NCBI GenBank assembly: GCA_015654635.1
Contig: JAATGP010000007.1
Coordinates: 17,771-81,770 of the forward strand
Direction of reading: 5' to 3'
DNA from: Alphaproteobacteria bacterium
GTDB lineage: Bacteria; Pseudomonadota; Alphaproteobacteria; Micropepsales; Micropepsaceae
Length of the DNA stretch: 64,000 bases
Positions 51,723 to 63,005 of this stretch are shown one piece after another (the stretch's first letter is position 1; each line of letters starts with the position of its first letter). The notes below the pieces were generated by a model, which made no database searches, had not been told where the DNA came from, and worked only from the letters and a program-made list of their open reading frames with translations. A program made the position numbers and the translations under genes.

Positions 51723-51769
51723 CGACGCGTTTGCTCGCAGCTAAACGGTGAGAAAATCGTCCGAACTTA

Positions 51770-53089
51770 CTAGGGCGACACCATTTTCTCGCCGAAGCGG
51801 TGGTTAAACTGTTCCAGTTCGGCGGGGGTGGCCGACAAGGTCAGCTCGACCGTGGCGTCGTCGTTGAACTGGCGTTCGTGCACCCTGCCGTGACGGTAGA
51901 CCCAGGCCTGGGCTTCGCCGTCTGCGGCCTCCAACGTTAGCTGAAAATATATGTTGGCACTGGATATCTGAGCCTCAAAACGGCTCAAAAGCTGGTCCAA
52001 CCCCTCGCCGGTACGGGCGGAAACGGCTATCGGCGCATTTGCCCCTTCACGGCCCAGCAAGCCCTCACGGGCTTCTGGCTCCAGGAGGTCGATCTTGTTG
52101 AGAACCTCGATAAAAGGCCGGTCGTTGCCCGCCTCGACACCCAGTTCAGCCAGCACTTTAAGAACGTCCACCTTTTGTGCTTCTGACTCCAAATGGGCGC
52201 AGTCGCGGACATGGACGATGAGGTCGGCTTCCAGCACCTCCTCCAGCGTCGCCCGGAAGGAGGCTACCAGCTCATGCGGCAGGTCGGCGATGAACCCCAC
52301 CGTGTCCGACAGGATCACCTTGGTCCCGCCCGGCAATCGAAGACCCCGCATGGTAGGATCCAGGGTGGCGAAGAGCACGTCCTTGGCCAGCACCCCGGCA
52401 TCGGTCAGGCTGTTGAACAGGGTCGACTTGCCGGCATTGGTGTAACCGACCAGAGCGATCAGCGGGAACGGCACCCGTTTCCTGGCCCGGCGCTGCAGAT
52501 TGCGGGTCCGTTTGACCCCTTCCAGCTCGCGCCGGATTTTAGTCAACCGCTCGCCGATCAGGCGGCGGTCGGTTTCGATCTGGGATTCGCCAGGACCACC
52601 CAGGAAGCCAAAGCCGCCGCGCTGACGCTCCAAATGGGTCCAGCTGCGCACCAGCCTGCTCTTCTGATAGTTGAGATGGGCAAGTTCGACTTGCAGCCGG
52701 CCTTCCCGCGTTCGCGCCCGCTCGCCAAAGATTTCCAGAATGAGCGCGGTGCGGTCCAGCACCTTGGCATTCCAGGCCTTCTCCAGATTGCGCTGTTGCA
52801 CGGGCGAGAGTTGGGCATTGACGATGACCACTTCAGGCTCACGGGCCCGGGCATCGGCCGCGATCTCCTCGACCTTGCCGCTCCCCATCAAAGTGGCAGG
52901 GACTGGCCGGGCCAGCGGCACAATGTGCTCGCCGACCACCACCAGCCCTATTGCCGCCGTGAGCCCGACCGCTTCCGCCAGACGCGCACGCGCGTCGCGG
53001 TCGCTGGCTTCGTGCCGTGTTTTGGGTTCGATATGGACCACAAGCGCCGTGCGGGGTTGCACGACGTCGGTATCATGTTCTGTACTCAA
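51770..53089 (-). CDS. hflX: GTPase HflX
   Basis: GYTNAGKSTLFN (G1), DTVGF (G3), NKID (G4). Confidence 0.9.
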   Translation of the reverse strand: MSTEHDTDVVQPRTALVVHIEPKTRHEASDRDARARLAEAVGLTAAIGLVVVGEHIVPLARPVPATLMGSGKVEEIAADARAREPEVVIVNAQLSPVQQRNLEKAWNAKVLDRTALILEIFGERARTREGRLQVELAHLNYQKSRLVRSWTHLERQRGGFGFLGGPGESQIETDRRLIGERLTKIRRELEGVKRTRNLQRRARKRVPFPLIALVGYTNAGKSTLFNSLTDAGVLAKDVLFATLDPTMRGLRLPGGTKVILSDTVGFIADLPHELVASFRATLEEVLEADLIVHVRDCAHLESEAQKVDVLKVLAELGVEAGNDRPFIEVLNKIDLLEPEAREGLLGREGANAPIAVSARTGEGLDQLLSRFEAQISSANIYFQLTLEAADGEAQAWVYRHGRVHERQFNDDATVELTLSATPAELEQFNHRFGEKMVSP

Positions 53090-53100
53090 GAGAACTCGCG

Positions 53101-53349
53101 CTAACCGGCCTCGGAGACCGTTTCCTGCTCTTGGAGCTGGATAGGCCCCATCGGCATAACTGTGGAAATGGCGTGCTTATAGACAAGCTGGGCCTGACCA
53201 TCGCGGCGCAGAAGCACGCAGAAATTGTCGAACCAAGTGATGTTGCCCTGAAGCTTGACGCCGTTCACCAGGAAGATTGTGACAGAGGATTTGCTCTTCC
53301 GGACTGCGTTCAGAAAAGTGTCCTGCAGGTTTTGTTGTTTTTCGCTCAT
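53101..53349 (-). CDS. hfq: RNA chaperone Hfq
   Basis: [66 protein letters not shown], the canonical Sm1/Sm2. Confidence 0.95.
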   Translation of the reverse strand: MSEKQQNLQDTFLNAVRKSKSSVTIFLVNGVKLQGNITWFDNFCVLLRRDGQAQLVYKHAISTVMPMGPIQLQEQETVSEAG

Positions 53350-53415
53350 TATCATACCCGTCTGTTTATTGGCCCCGCGTCCCCCGCGAAGCATGGTGAC
53401 CTAACATAAGGCCTT

Positions 53416-54357
53416 CTAGCACTGAGACGAAACCCCTGTATGCCAGGTTGGCGCATTGTCAGACAGGTTGCCCGCGCAATTCTGCGAGCGGGCCGCATAG
53501 AGCGCTTGCAGCCGAAGCGTGAGCCGACCGGGCTTGCCAGCCCCGATCGTTGTGCCATCGATCGCCACCACGGGGACTGCTGCGGCTGAGGCCGCCGTGA
53601 CAAAAGCCTCGCTGGCAGCTTTCGCTTCATCAGGTGTAAAAACACGCTCTACAACCGGAATTTGCGCCTTTTCCGCCAGTTGCAGAAGCACTAGGCGGGT
53701 TACCCCAGGCAGGATGGTGGTCGATAGAGGGCGGGTGATAAGGCGCCCCTCACCGTCTACGATCCAAGCCGTCGTCGAGGCGCCTTCGCTGACAAAACCA
53801 TCCTTATCGGTAAACCATGCCTCGTAAGCCCCTGCCCGCCGGGCCGCAGTTTTGGCGAGGAGGTTAGGCAGGAGCTGGGTGGACTTGATGTCGCAGCGGG
53901 CCCAGCGCTCGTCCGGCGCGGTGATAACCCTCACGCCCTCCCGCAGTCTTTTGCCCAAAGACACCATGTCCAGGCGCCGGACGGTGACAACGATGGATGG
54001 CTTCGGGGCCGGATCGGGGATGGGGTGGTCGCGGCGCCCTGCTCCGCGCGTCACCTGCAGGTATACGATGGCGTCAGCCGCAAGATTACGCCGGACTGTT
54101 TCAGCCAAGACCTGCTTTAGGGCGGAGCGGGACATTGGCAGGGCAATCTCGATTTGGCCCAGCGAACGCTCCAGCCGGTCGAGATGTTCCTCCGTGTCCA
54201 ACAGGCGCCCGGCAGCCAGGCGCCAGACCTCATAGACCGAATCGCCAAATTGCAGGCCGCGATCCTCGATATGGATTGAGGCGGACCCATGCGGCAGGTA
54301 ACGGCCGTCGACATAAGCGATGCGCCCGGAGGGAGCGCGGGTGGGCCAAGCCGTCAT
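53416..54357 (-). CDS. Class IV (D-amino-acid / branched-chain) aminotransferase
   Basis: Fold-type IV pattern (..EDRGLQFGDSVYEV.. ; ..ILPGVTR..). Confidence 0.8.
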   Translation of the reverse strand: MTAWPTRAPSGRIAYVDGRYLPHGSASIHIEDRGLQFGDSVYEVWRLAAGRLLDTEEHLDRLERSLGQIEIALPMSRSALKQVLAETVRRNLAADAIVYLQVTRGAGRRDHPIPDPAPKPSIVVTVRRLDMVSLGKRLREGVRVITAPDERWARCDIKSTQLLPNLLAKTAARRAGAYEAWFTDKDGFVSEGASTTAWIVDGEGRLITRPLSTTILPGVTRLVLLQLAEKAQIPVVERVFTPDEAKAASEAFVTAASAAAVPVVAIDGTTIGAGKPGRLTLRLQALYAARSQNCAGNLSDNAPTWHTGVSSQC

Positions 54358-54360
54358 GCG

Positions 54361-55776
54361 CTATGCAACAATCCCTTCGCGTCCCGTGATCGCCGAACCG
54401 ACACCGAGGGATTTCAGCTTCCTATGCAGGGCCGACCTCTCCATGCCGATAAAGGCGGCGGTGCGCGAGATGTTGCCACCGAACCGGTTGATCTGGGCAA
54501 TGAGGTAATCGCGCTCGAAAATCTCGCGGGCTTCGCGCAAGGGCAGCGAAATGACGAGATCGCTGCGGCTGGCGCCGCCCCATTGCGCCCCTGCCCCTAA
54601 GTCCGAGGGCAAAAGGTCCGCCGAAATGGCCTGGGCCGCATCGTCGGTGGCCAGGATCAGCAAGCGCTCCACCACATTGCGCAGTTGGCGCACATTGCCA
54701 GGCCACATATGGGCCTGTAGCACCGCCATGGCGTCATCGCCGATCTCGCGGATGGCAAGGCCGGAGGCTGCCGACAGGCGCTTCATGAAATGGGTCACCA
54801 GCAGCGGGATGTCGTCACGGCGCTCGGCCAGCGGCGGCACCCGCACCGGCACCACGTTTAAGCGATGATAGAGATCCTCGCGGAAACGCCCGGAGGCAAT
54901 CTCGTTGCGCAGCTCGCTCGAGGTTGAGGAGACGACACGTGCATCGACCTGCACCCGTTGGGTACCGCCGACCCGGGTGAAGGTCTGGTCCACCAGAACG
55001 CGCAAGACCTTGCCTTGCGTCTCCAGCGGCATGTCGCCGACTTCATCGAGAAACAGCGTACCGTTGTGGGCAAGTTCCAACAGGCCGATCTTGCGCGGAC
55101 CTTCGTTGCTTTCGATGCCGAAGAGTTCGATCTCGATGCGGTCCGGCTCCATCGTGGCGCAGTTGACCGCGACGAAAGCATTGGCGGCCCGGCGTGAGCG
55201 CGAATGGATCAGGCGGGCGAGCAATTCCTTGCCGCAGCCCGGCGGTCCCGAAATGAAGACGCGGCTATTGGTGGGTGCGATCTTTTCCACCGCTTGGCGG
55301 ATTTGTGCCACCAGCGAGGACTGGCCGATCAGATCCGTCTCGTCGCCTGCTTTCAGCTTCAGTTCCTGCACTTCGCGTTTCAAGCGAGCCGATTCCAGTG
55401 CGCGATGCACAACGTGAATCAGCCTGTCCGCCTTGAAGGGCTTTTCGATAAAGTCATAGGCACCTTTTTTGATCGACCCGACGGCCGTCTCAATGGTGCC
55501 GTGGCCGGAAATCATGATGACCGGCAGATCGGGATGCTCGCGCTTGAGAATCTCGAGCACCTGAATGCCGTCGAGCCGGCTGCCTTGCAGCCAGATATCG
55601 AGAATGACCAATTGCGGCCGGCGCTGGCGTACCGCGTTGAGTGCGGTTTCGCTGTCGCCGGCAATGCGGGTTTCGTGACCCTCATCACTCAGTATCCCCG
55701 CGATCAGGTCGCGAATATCTTCTTCATCGTCGATTACCAGGATCTCAGACGCGAGAGGCAATCCGTGTTTGCTCAT
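54361..55776 (-). CDS. ntrX: Response regulator NtrX (REC + AAA+ lacking GAFTGA + Fis HTH)
   Basis: REC (ILVIDDEEDIRDL), Walker A (GPPGCGKE), no GAFTGA loop (ELFGIESNEGPRK), C-terminal HTH. Directly follows ntrY. Confidence 0.85.
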   Translation of the reverse strand: MSKHGLPLASEILVIDDEEDIRDLIAGILSDEGHETRIAGDSETALNAVRQRRPQLVILDIWLQGSRLDGIQVLEILKREHPDLPVIMISGHGTIETAVGSIKKGAYDFIEKPFKADRLIHVVHRALESARLKREVQELKLKAGDETDLIGQSSLVAQIRQAVEKIAPTNSRVFISGPPGCGKELLARLIHSRSRRAANAFVAVNCATMEPDRIEIELFGIESNEGPRKIGLLELAHNGTLFLDEVGDMPLETQGKVLRVLVDQTFTRVGGTQRVQVDARVVSSTSSELRNEIASGRFREDLYHRLNVVPVRVPPLAERRDDIPLLVTHFMKRLSAASGLAIREIGDDAMAVLQAHMWPGNVRQLRNVVERLLILATDDAAQAISADLLPSDLGAGAQWGGASRSDLVISLPLREAREIFERDYLIAQINRFGGNISRTAAFIGMERSALHRKLKSLGVGSAITGREGIVA

Positions 55777-58039
55777 CGGTTAGACCTTTTTCACGCATGT
55801 TCCGTTGTTTCAAAGGGAACACCAAAGACACTTGCGCCCCCCTCCCGTCTTCTGCGGCATCTTCAAGGAGGATCTCGCCGCCATGGTCCTCCATGACTTT
55901 GCGCACGATAGCAAGCCCGAGGCCGGTGCCCTTAGCGCGCGTTGTAACATAGGGCTCGGTCAGGCGATGGCGATGCTCCGCCGGCAGACCGATTCCGTTA
56001 TCGATCACCTTGAAGGCGATCATTGAGTCGGTGGTTTCTATGGCAACGGTGATTTTGCCATGCGTATCATCTCCCGTGGCAATACGCGACGCGATTCCTT
56101 CCGTCGCGTTCTTGATGACATTGGTCAGCGCCTGACCGATCAAGCGGCCGTCGCCTTCGAAATAGACCATATCTTTTGGTATCTGCGTGTCAAAGGTGAT
56201 CTCGGAATGGGCCTCACGCTGGAGAAAGAGTGGCTGGCTCAAAAGTTCCTGCGCACATTCGCGCCGCATCACCGGTGTCGGCATGCGCGCGAAGGAGGAG
56301 AATTCATCCACCATGCGGCCGATATCACCGACCTGGCGGATGATGGTGTTGGTGCATTGTTCGAAGACCCCCTGATCCTCGCCGATCAAGGCGCTGTATT
56401 TGCGCTTCAAGCGCTCGGCGGAGAGTTGAATAGGGGTCAGTGGATTTTTGATTTCATGGGCAATGCGGCGCGCCACATCCGCCCAAGCAGCGGTGCGCTG
56501 AGCAGAGACGAGATCAGTGATGTCGTCAAAGGTCGCGACATAACCTTTGGCCTGATGGCCCTGTTCGTTGGTTACTTGCACGCTGAGTTGACGTGTCGAG
56601 CTACCGCGCTTGATGGTGGCTTCACCGCTGGAGCGGCCGACGGGCTCCTGGATAGCCCTGCGGATCAAAGCCGCCAGTTCCGGCACGGCTTCGGCGTAAT
56701 GACGGCTTTCGAGTTCTTCCGGATCGGCATTCAGCAGCCGCGCGGCGGCGCGATTGACGATGGTAATCTTGCCATCGCCATCCACACCAATCACGCCAGC
56801 GCTGACACCGGCCAGCACGGTTTCGGTGAAGCGGCGGCGTTCATCGATTTGCAGATTGGCTTCGATCAAGGCGCTACGTTGACCGTCGAGTTGTTGCGTC
56901 ATGCGGTTGAAGGCATGACCCAAGGTTCCCATCTCGTCATCGCCGCGATCAATCGCCACTTGGGCCTTCAGATCGCCTTCCGAAACGCGCTCGGCGGCGC
57001 TGATCAGGCGCGAGATCGGCCGCACGATGCGATTGGCGGCCCATAGGCCCAGCCAAATGGCGGCCAGAAGAATGACGAGTGACACCGCCGTATACAGCCC
57101 CGCGAAGGTCAGCAGCACCGTCGAGCGGTTCTTTTCCATGGCCTTGTACTGGCCGATGACATCTTGCGTGCGCTGGTAATAGCCGATCACCTTGGGATCG
57201 ACCGCGCGCACAAGCAGGATATAGGCATCCTTCAAGGCGGTCAGGCGGACCAAGGCATAGACGATGCCTTGATCGGGATTGCCATCGATGACGATGGTGC
57301 CGTCGCGCGCGATGTTAAAAGCCTCCGCCGTCACCACCGGCGGGCGGGCCAAATTCGGGTTGCGATTGCCGATAGGGACTGTCTTGCTTAAGCCCCGCCC
57401 GGAACTATCGATCACGAATGACGCCTGAAGCCCGTGATTGCGGGTCATATCCGCCAATTTCGCGAAGAGGATGCCGACCTGAACCTGTTCGGTCTTCCAA
57501 TCGAATATCTCGGGGTCCTTTTGCAGGGTGTTAACGATGTCGCGCGCATCCGCCGTGAGGCCGCGTTCATGCTCGGACTCATAGGCCTCGGCCACGCTGA
57601 GCGCCCCGCTGAGGGCCTCTTTCACATGTGAGGAGAACCAAGCTTCGACACCCTGGTTCAAGGTCACAGCGGCAAACACAGCCACCAGGATGGTCGGGAC
57701 CACCGCCACCAGGCTGAAGGTCATCACCAGCCTTGCATGCAGCCTGGAGCCCGCCCGGCCCGAGCGGCGCTCCGCCCACAGCCGCACCAGCCGCCACGCG
57801 ATCAAGGCGCCCAGGCACAGAACCATCGTCAGGTTCACGAGCCCAAGACCAATCAGCCCCAACGGCGTGCCGTCCGAAGGCTTCAGCGTGCGTAAGGCTA
57901 GGTACAGGTAGCCGCCCGACGCCAGCGAGAGCAGCGCCATGCCGATCGCCAACCAAGCTGCGCCTGAAAGCCCTCCAGACCGTGATTTCTTTACGACTGT
58001 TGTCGTTGCCATTCCCAACCGCCAGCGAGCAGTGGTCAC
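55745..58039 (-). CDS. ntrY: Sensor histidine kinase NtrY
   Basis: Multi-TM N-terminus, HAMP, PAS, and the HisKA box [19 protein letters not shown]. Confidence 0.85.
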   Translation of the reverse strand: MTTARWRLGMATTTVVKKSRSGGLSGAAWLAIGMALLSLASGGYLYLALRTLKPSDGTPLGLIGLGLVNLTMVLCLGALIAWRLVRLWAERRSGRAGSRLHARLVMTFSLVAVVPTILVAVFAAVTLNQGVEAWFSSHVKEALSGALSVAEAYESEHERGLTADARDIVNTLQKDPEIFDWKTEQVQVGILFAKLADMTRNHGLQASFVIDSSGRGLSKTVPIGNRNPNLARPPVVTAEAFNIARDGTIVIDGNPDQGIVYALVRLTALKDAYILLVRAVDPKVIGYYQRTQDVIGQYKAMEKNRSTVLLTFAGLYTAVSLVILLAAIWLGLWAANRIVRPISRLISAAERVSEGDLKAQVAIDRGDDEMGTLGHAFNRMTQQLDGQRSALIEANLQIDERRRFTETVLAGVSAGVIGVDGDGKITIVNRAAARLLNADPEELESRHYAEAVPELAALIRRAIQEPVGRSSGEATIKRGSSTRQLSVQVTNEQGHQAKGYVATFDDITDLVSAQRTAAWADVARRIAHEIKNPLTPIQLSAERLKRKYSALIGEDQGVFEQCTNTIIRQVGDIGRMVDEFSSFARMPTPVMRRECAQELLSQPLFLQREAHSEITFDTQIPKDMVYFEGDGRLIGQALTNVIKNATEGIASRIATGDDTHGKITVAIETTDSMIAFKVIDNGIGLPAEHRHRLTEPYVTTRAKGTGLGLAIVRKVMEDHGGEILLEDAAEDGRGAQVSLVFPLKQRNMREKGLTDEQTRIASRV

Positions 58040-58143
58040 TTAAGTGACGGCCATTGCTTCAGAAAGTGACAGTGTAACGCAATCGACACCTGTTGCAAGA
58101 AAGCAGCGGTGACGAGTTTGGGCGTGGTTAATCGGAGGACGCC

Positions 58144-59595
58144 CTATTCCGATTTGAGCCCGCGAATCACTTCGAGGCCCAAATCCCGGATTTTCTTGCG
58201 TAGCGTGTTGCGGTTCAGCCCCAGCAGATGCGCCGCCCGGATTTGATTGCCCCTGGTGGCCGCCAGACAGATCGACAGCAAGGGCCGCTCAATTTCCTGC
58301 AGCACCCGGTCATAAAGGCCCGGCGGCGGCAGCCGGTCGCCATGGCTGGAGAAGTATTTGGTGAGATGGCGCTCGACCGCGGCACTGAGGGAGACCGGCT
58401 CATCGCCATCCTCTGAGCTGGAGCTGCGAACCGGCTCTTTCAACTCCGACGCAATGGCAGAGCCCGGAATGGCATCGCCCGAATGCAGCACGGCAAGACG
58501 GCGGATCAAATTCTCCAACTCACGCACATTGCCCGGCCAGCGGTGGTGCCGCAGAATTTCCAGAGCTTCCGGCTCCAGATGCTTGGCAGGAAGCCCCTCC
58601 TCTTCCGCCTTGCGCAGGAAATGGCGCACCAGATCGCCAATATCCTCGGCGCGCTCGCGCAACGGCGGCAAGCGCAGCGGCACGACGTTGAGGCGGTAAT
58701 AGAGATCTTCGCGGAACAGGCCCTGCTGGATCAGCTGGCGCAGATCGCGGTTGGTGGCGGCAATGATGCGCACATCGGTCTTGATCGGGGTGCGTCCGCC
58801 CACGGTGGTGTATTCGCCTTGCTGCAGCACCCGCAGCAAACGGGTCTGTGCTTCCAGCGGCATATCGCCGATTTCGTCGAGGAACAGTGTGCCGCCTTCG
58901 GCCTGTTCAAAACGGCCGACGCCGCGATTGGTGGCGCCGGTAAAGGCACCGCGCTCATGGCCGAAGAGTTCGCTCTCGACCAACTCCTTGGGTATCGCGG
59001 CCATATTGACGGCGACGAAATTGCCATGACGGCGCTTACCGTAATCATGCAAAGCGCGCGCGACGAGTTCCTTGCCGGTACCGCTCTCGCCCATGATCAT
59101 GACGGTGAGATCGGTCTGGGTCAGCCGTGCTATGACGCGATAAATTTCCTGCATGGCCGGTGAACGGCCAATCAGCGGCAAGCCATCGGCTTCGCTATCG
59201 TGATCGCTGCCCGCATCGCGCTTGGCTTGCGGCGCCGCCAGTGCGCGCTGCACGACGGACGTCAGCTCCTTGAGGTCGAAAGGCTTGGGCAGGTAATCGA
59301 AGGCGCCGCGTTCGGCCGCCGTTATCGCAGTCAGAATGGTGTTTTGCGCACTCATCACCACCACCGGCAGATCAGGCCGAAGGCGTTTGATGCGCGGAAT
59401 GAGGTCGAAGCCATTTTCGTCTGGCAGCACCACGTCGGTGATGACGAGATTGCCGTCACCAGCCGCCACCCAGCGCCACAAACCCGCCTCTGTGCCGGTG
59501 GTTCTGACGTTGTAGCCAGCCCGGCCGAGGGCTTGGTTCAAGACGGTGCGGATCGCAGAATCGTCGTCGGCAATTAAAATCGTGCCCTCAGGCAT
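58144..59595 (-). CDS. ntrC: Nitrogen regulation response regulator NtrC (sigma-54 activator)
   Basis: REC domain, [24 protein letters not shown]-terminal Fis-type HTH. Confidence 0.9.
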   Translation of the reverse strand: MPEGTILIADDDSAIRTVLNQALGRAGYNVRTTGTEAGLWRWVAAGDGNLVITDVVLPDENGFDLIPRIKRLRPDLPVVVMSAQNTILTAITAAERGAFDYLPKPFDLKELTSVVQRALAAPQAKRDAGSDHDSEADGLPLIGRSPAMQEIYRVIARLTQTDLTVMIMGESGTGKELVARALHDYGKRRHGNFVAVNMAAIPKELVESELFGHERGAFTGATNRGVGRFEQAEGGTLFLDEIGDMPLEAQTRLLRVLQQGEYTTVGGRTPIKTDVRIIAATNRDLRQLIQQGLFREDLYYRLNVVPLRLPPLRERAEDIGDLVRHFLRKAEEEGLPAKHLEPEALEILRHHRWPGNVRELENLIRRLAVLHSGDAIPGSAIASELKEPVRSSSSEDGDEPVSLSAAVERHLTKYFSSHGDRLPPPGLYDRVLQEIERPLLSICLAATRGNQIRAAHLLGLNRNTLRKKIRDLGLEVIRGLKSE

Positions 59596-60739
59596 TCTTA
59601 TTCTCCTCGGGTCCGGCTGCCGCCTTGGGCAAAAGAATTCGGAATATGGTCCGGCGAGGGACCGATTCGCATTCGATCACGCCGCCATGATCGCCAATGA
59701 TCTTCGCCACCAAAGCGAGACCCAATCCCGAGCCACCGCGCTTGGTGGTAACGAAGGGATCGAAAATATAGGGCATTAAATCGGTGGGAACGCCCGCCCC
59801 GTTATCGCGTACGGTTACCTCTAGCGGTAGACTCAGTCTTTCGCCGGCAACCGCCGCGCCAAATTTCACACCCGGCCGGTAACCCGTGGTCAGGGTGATT
59901 TCTCCCCCCGTCTCCGGCAAAGCATCGGCGGCATTGCGCACGAGATTGAGGAAGACCTGAATCAGCTGATCGCGGTCGCCAAGCACGCGCGGCAAGGAGG
60001 GGTCAAAATGTTCCGCGATGGTGACGTTGCGCGCAAAGCCGGATTCGGCGACGCGGCGAACCCTGTCGAGCACCTCGTGAATATTGACGGGTGTGCGGGT
60101 AAAGCTGCGGCTGTCGCCAAACGACTCCATGCGATCAATCAGGCCACGAATGCGATCCGTTTCGTTTTGGATGAGCTGGGTCAGCTCGCGCTCGTTGGGC
60201 GCCAACTGCTCTTCGATGAGCTGGGCCGCTCCGCGAATGCCCGCCAGCGGGTTTTTGATTTCATGCGCTAAGACCGCGGCCATGCCATGCATGGAGCGAA
60301 CCGCCCCCCGCGCCAGCAATTGCCGGTCGATGCGTTGGGCGAGACTGCGCTCTTGCAAGGTGATGACAACCGCTCCTTCGGGTTCGAGCAGAGGCGTGAC
60401 CGTGATATCGGCCAAATGATCGCCATGACGCGGCGTCGTCATATCGACGTGGCGTTCGCCCACCGAGGATCGCCGCTCAATCGCTTGCGATACCAACTGT
60501 AGGACTGGGCTGCCGAAGGGGATCAAATCCTTGAGCGTCTGCTTCAGCAAATGCCCCGAACCGGTCGAGAAAAACTGCTCCGCTGCGGGATTGACGAAGA
60601 GGATCTGAAGCTCAGGGCCGACCACAATAATCGGCATTGGCAACGCACCGGCGATCTGTGCCGTGACGGGTAAGTCGGGGTTCGTCGGGGAAGCAGCCAC
60701 ACACAAATCCATGCCTATTACTTGGGCATGATAAAGCAT
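59588..60739 (-). CDS. ntrB: Nitrogen regulation sensor kinase NtrB
   Basis: PAS domain plus the H-box [18 protein letters not shown]. 8-nt overlap with ntrC. Confidence 0.85.
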   Translation of the reverse strand: MLYHAQVIGMDLCVAASPTNPDLPVTAQIAGALPMPIIVVGPELQILFVNPAAEQFFSTGSGHLLKQTLKDLIPFGSPVLQLVSQAIERRSSVGERHVDMTTPRHGDHLADITVTPLLEPEGAVVITLQERSLAQRIDRQLLARGAVRSMHGMAAVLAHEIKNPLAGIRGAAQLIEEQLAPNERELTQLIQNETDRIRGLIDRMESFGDSRSFTRTPVNIHEVLDRVRRVAESGFARNVTIAEHFDPSLPRVLGDRDQLIQVFLNLVRNAADALPETGGEITLTTGYRPGVKFGAAVAGERLSLPLEVTVRDNGAGVPTDLMPYIFDPFVTTKRGGSGLGLALVAKIIGDHGGVIECESVPRRTIFRILLPKAAAGPEENKNA

Positions 60740-60889
60740 TGCTGATTAACTGTGCAACAGCTGTATTGGCTGCCGGTCCGAGGTTTATCGTATTCCAGCG
60801 TCGCAGGCCAGCGACCGCGAAGGCTAGGAAGTTGGCGGCCAATGGCTTATCCAAAGGCCCTCAAAACCTGAAAAAGATACGATTTCACC

Positions 60890-62044
60890 ATGTCTCGCCT
60901 CGCAATTTTGATTGTTGCCGCCGGCAAAGGCGTACGCGCCGGTGGCGCCGTGCCCAAGCAATATGCCCCGCTGTTGGGGAGAGCGATGCTTCGTCGCACG
61001 CTGGAGGCATTTGCTGGCCATCCCCTTATCCAAGTGGTGATCGGTCCCGGCCAAGAATCCCTTTTTTCCGCCGTTACGCAGGGAATCATCCTTCTGCCGC
61101 CGCTTCAGGGGGGCGCCTCGCGCCAGGAAAGCGTGCGAATCGGTCTGGAGGCGCTAGCACCCGAGGCGCCCGATTTTGTCCTCATCCACGATGCAGCCCG
61201 CCCGCTGGTCTCTCCGAGGGTCATTGCTGGCGTCATTACGGTCCTGGAAGATGGCGCTGACGCGGCCGTGCCGCACCTGCCGGTCACCGATACCTTGCGC
61301 AAACAGGAAAAGGGAACCTGGGTCACCGTCCCGCGCGAGGGCTTGATGCGGGCTCAAACTCCGCAAGGCTTCCGTTTTGACACTATTCTCAAGGCCCATC
61401 GCGATTTCGCCGCGCAAGACGTTACCGATGACATGGCGTTGGCAGCGCTGGCTGGACTCGCCATCGTCGCCACTGCGGGGGAAGAGACCAACATGAAGGT
61501 GACCACGCCTGAAGATTTCGCCACGGCAGAAATGGTGCTCAGCGCTAGACTCGGCGATGTGCGCACCGCCACCGGCTATGACGTGCACAAATTTTCCGAG
61601 GGCGATCACATCTGGCTCTGCGGCCTCAAAATTGCGCACAGCCACGGTCTTGAAGGCCATTCCGATGCCGATGTGGCCTTGCACGCCCTCACCGATGCGC
61701 TGCTCGGTACCATCTGCGATGGCGACATCGGTATGCATTTTCCGCCCACGGATGAACGCTGGCGCGGCGCCACCTCCTCCATCTTCCTCGCCCATGCGGC
61801 CAGCTTGCTGCGCGATAAGGGCGGCGTCATCAATCACTGCGATGTCACCATCATCTGCGAGCGCCCCAAAGTGGGGCCGCAGCGCGAGGCCATGCGCGCC
61901 AAGATCGCCGACATTCTGCAAATCGATCTTGGCCGCGTCAGTGTCAAAGCCACCACCACCGAAGGCCTTGGCTTTACCGGTCGCAGAGAAGGCATCGCCG
62001 CCCAAGCCATCGCCACCGTGCGTCTGCCAACAGGGACACCATGA
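60890..62044 (+). CDS. ispDF: Bifunctional IspD/IspF (MEP cytidylyltransferase / MEcPP synthase)
   Basis: N-terminal [14 protein letters not shown]-terminal IspF region GYDVHKF..GHSDADV. Confidence 0.9.
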   Translation: MSRLAILIVAAGKGVRAGGAVPKQYAPLLGRAMLRRTLEAFAGHPLIQVVIGPGQESLFSAVTQGIILLPPLQGGASRQESVRIGLEALAPEAPDFVLIHDAARPLVSPRVIAGVITVLEDGADAAVPHLPVTDTLRKQEKGTWVTVPREGLMRAQTPQGFRFDTILKAHRDFAAQDVTDDMALAALAGLAIVATAGEETNMKVTTPEDFATAEMVLSARLGDVRTATGYDVHKFSEGDHIWLCGLKIAHSHGLEGHSDADVALHALTDALLGTICDGDIGMHFPPTDERWRGATSSIFLAHAASLLRDKGGVINHCDVTIICERPKVGPQREAMRAKIADILQIDLGRVSVKATTTEGLGFTGRREGIAAQAIATVRLPTGTP

Positions 62045-62517
62045 CCTCCGAACAATTCGCCACCGCCTTCGGTATTGGCCGCCTGCCCTCCGCGCCCGGC
62101 ACTTGGGCAAGCCTCGCTGCCATTGTCATCGCCGTTCCCGTGATGTGGTTTACGGGTTGGATGGGCATGGCGGTGCTCGCTCTGGTCACCACCGTGTTTG
62201 GCATCTGGATATCGGATCACTATGCCGCGCGGACCGGCATCGAAGACCCCAAAGAATGCGTCATCGACGAATTTGCCGGGCAGTGGATTACCTGTGCCAT
62301 CGCCGGTATGGCCGCCATGCCGGGCAGTCCGCCCTTGTCTTGGGTCGGTTTTCTGCTGGCGTTTCTGCTCTTTAGGCTGTTCGATATCGCCAAGCCCTGG
62401 CCGATCAATCGCGCCGAGCATTTGCGCGGCGGTTTGGGTATCATGGCCGATGATGTGGTGGCGGGCGCCATCGCAGGCTTTGTCGTCTTTCTCGTCAACT
62501 ACTCGTTCGCCATCTGA
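62041..62517 (+). CDS. pgpA: Phosphatidylglycerophosphatase A
   Basis: [33 protein letters not shown]. Confidence 0.85.
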   Translation: MTSEQFATAFGIGRLPSAPGTWASLAAIVIAVPVMWFTGWMGMAVLALVTTVFGIWISDHYAARTGIEDPKECVIDEFAGQWITCAIAGMAAMPGSPPLSWVGFLLAFLLFRLFDIAKPWPINRAEHLRGGLGIMADDVVAGAIAGFVVFLVNYSFAI

Positions 62518-63005
62518 TGTTTGCTGCCGATCTCATCGCCTTGGCCGAAGCGGTTTTAAACGCCGCGCGCGCGAAGGGTCTTCGCATCGCCACGGCGGAA
62601 AGCTGCACCGGCGGGTTGATAGCCGGATTGCTGACGGAAATCCCCGGCTCCTCCGATGTGGTGGAACGCGGCTTTGTCACCTATTCCAATGAAGCCAAAG
62701 CCGATCTCCTCGGCATTCCCTTGTCGTTGATCCAAGAAAATGGCGCGGTTTCGCCAATTGTGGCCCGCGCAATGGCGGAGGGCGCCGTACAACATTCCCT
62801 GGCACAGTTATCTGTGGCGGTCACCGGCATCGCAGGCCCCGGCGGCGGCTCGACCGAAAAACCTGTCGGCCTCGTGCATATGGCGGCGGCTCGCGACGAC
62901 GGCAAAACCTTACACGAAGAACACCGCTTCGGCGACATCGGTCGAACAGAAGTGCGGCTGAAAACCGTGGAAGCGGCGCTGCGGCTGTTACAGCGCCTCC
63001 TGTGA
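62517..63005 (+). CDS. CinA C-terminal domain / nicotinamide-nucleotide amidohydrolase PncC family
   Basis: ATAESCTGGLIAGLLTEIPGSS, VAVTGIAGPGGG. Confidence 0.8.
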   Translation: MFAADLIALAEAVLNAARAKGLRIATAESCTGGLIAGLLTEIPGSSDVVERGFVTYSNEAKADLLGIPLSLIQENGAVSPIVARAMAEGAVQHSLAQLSVAVTGIAGPGGGSTEKPVGLVHMAAARDDGKTLHEEHRFGDIGRTEVRLKTVEAALRLLQRLL

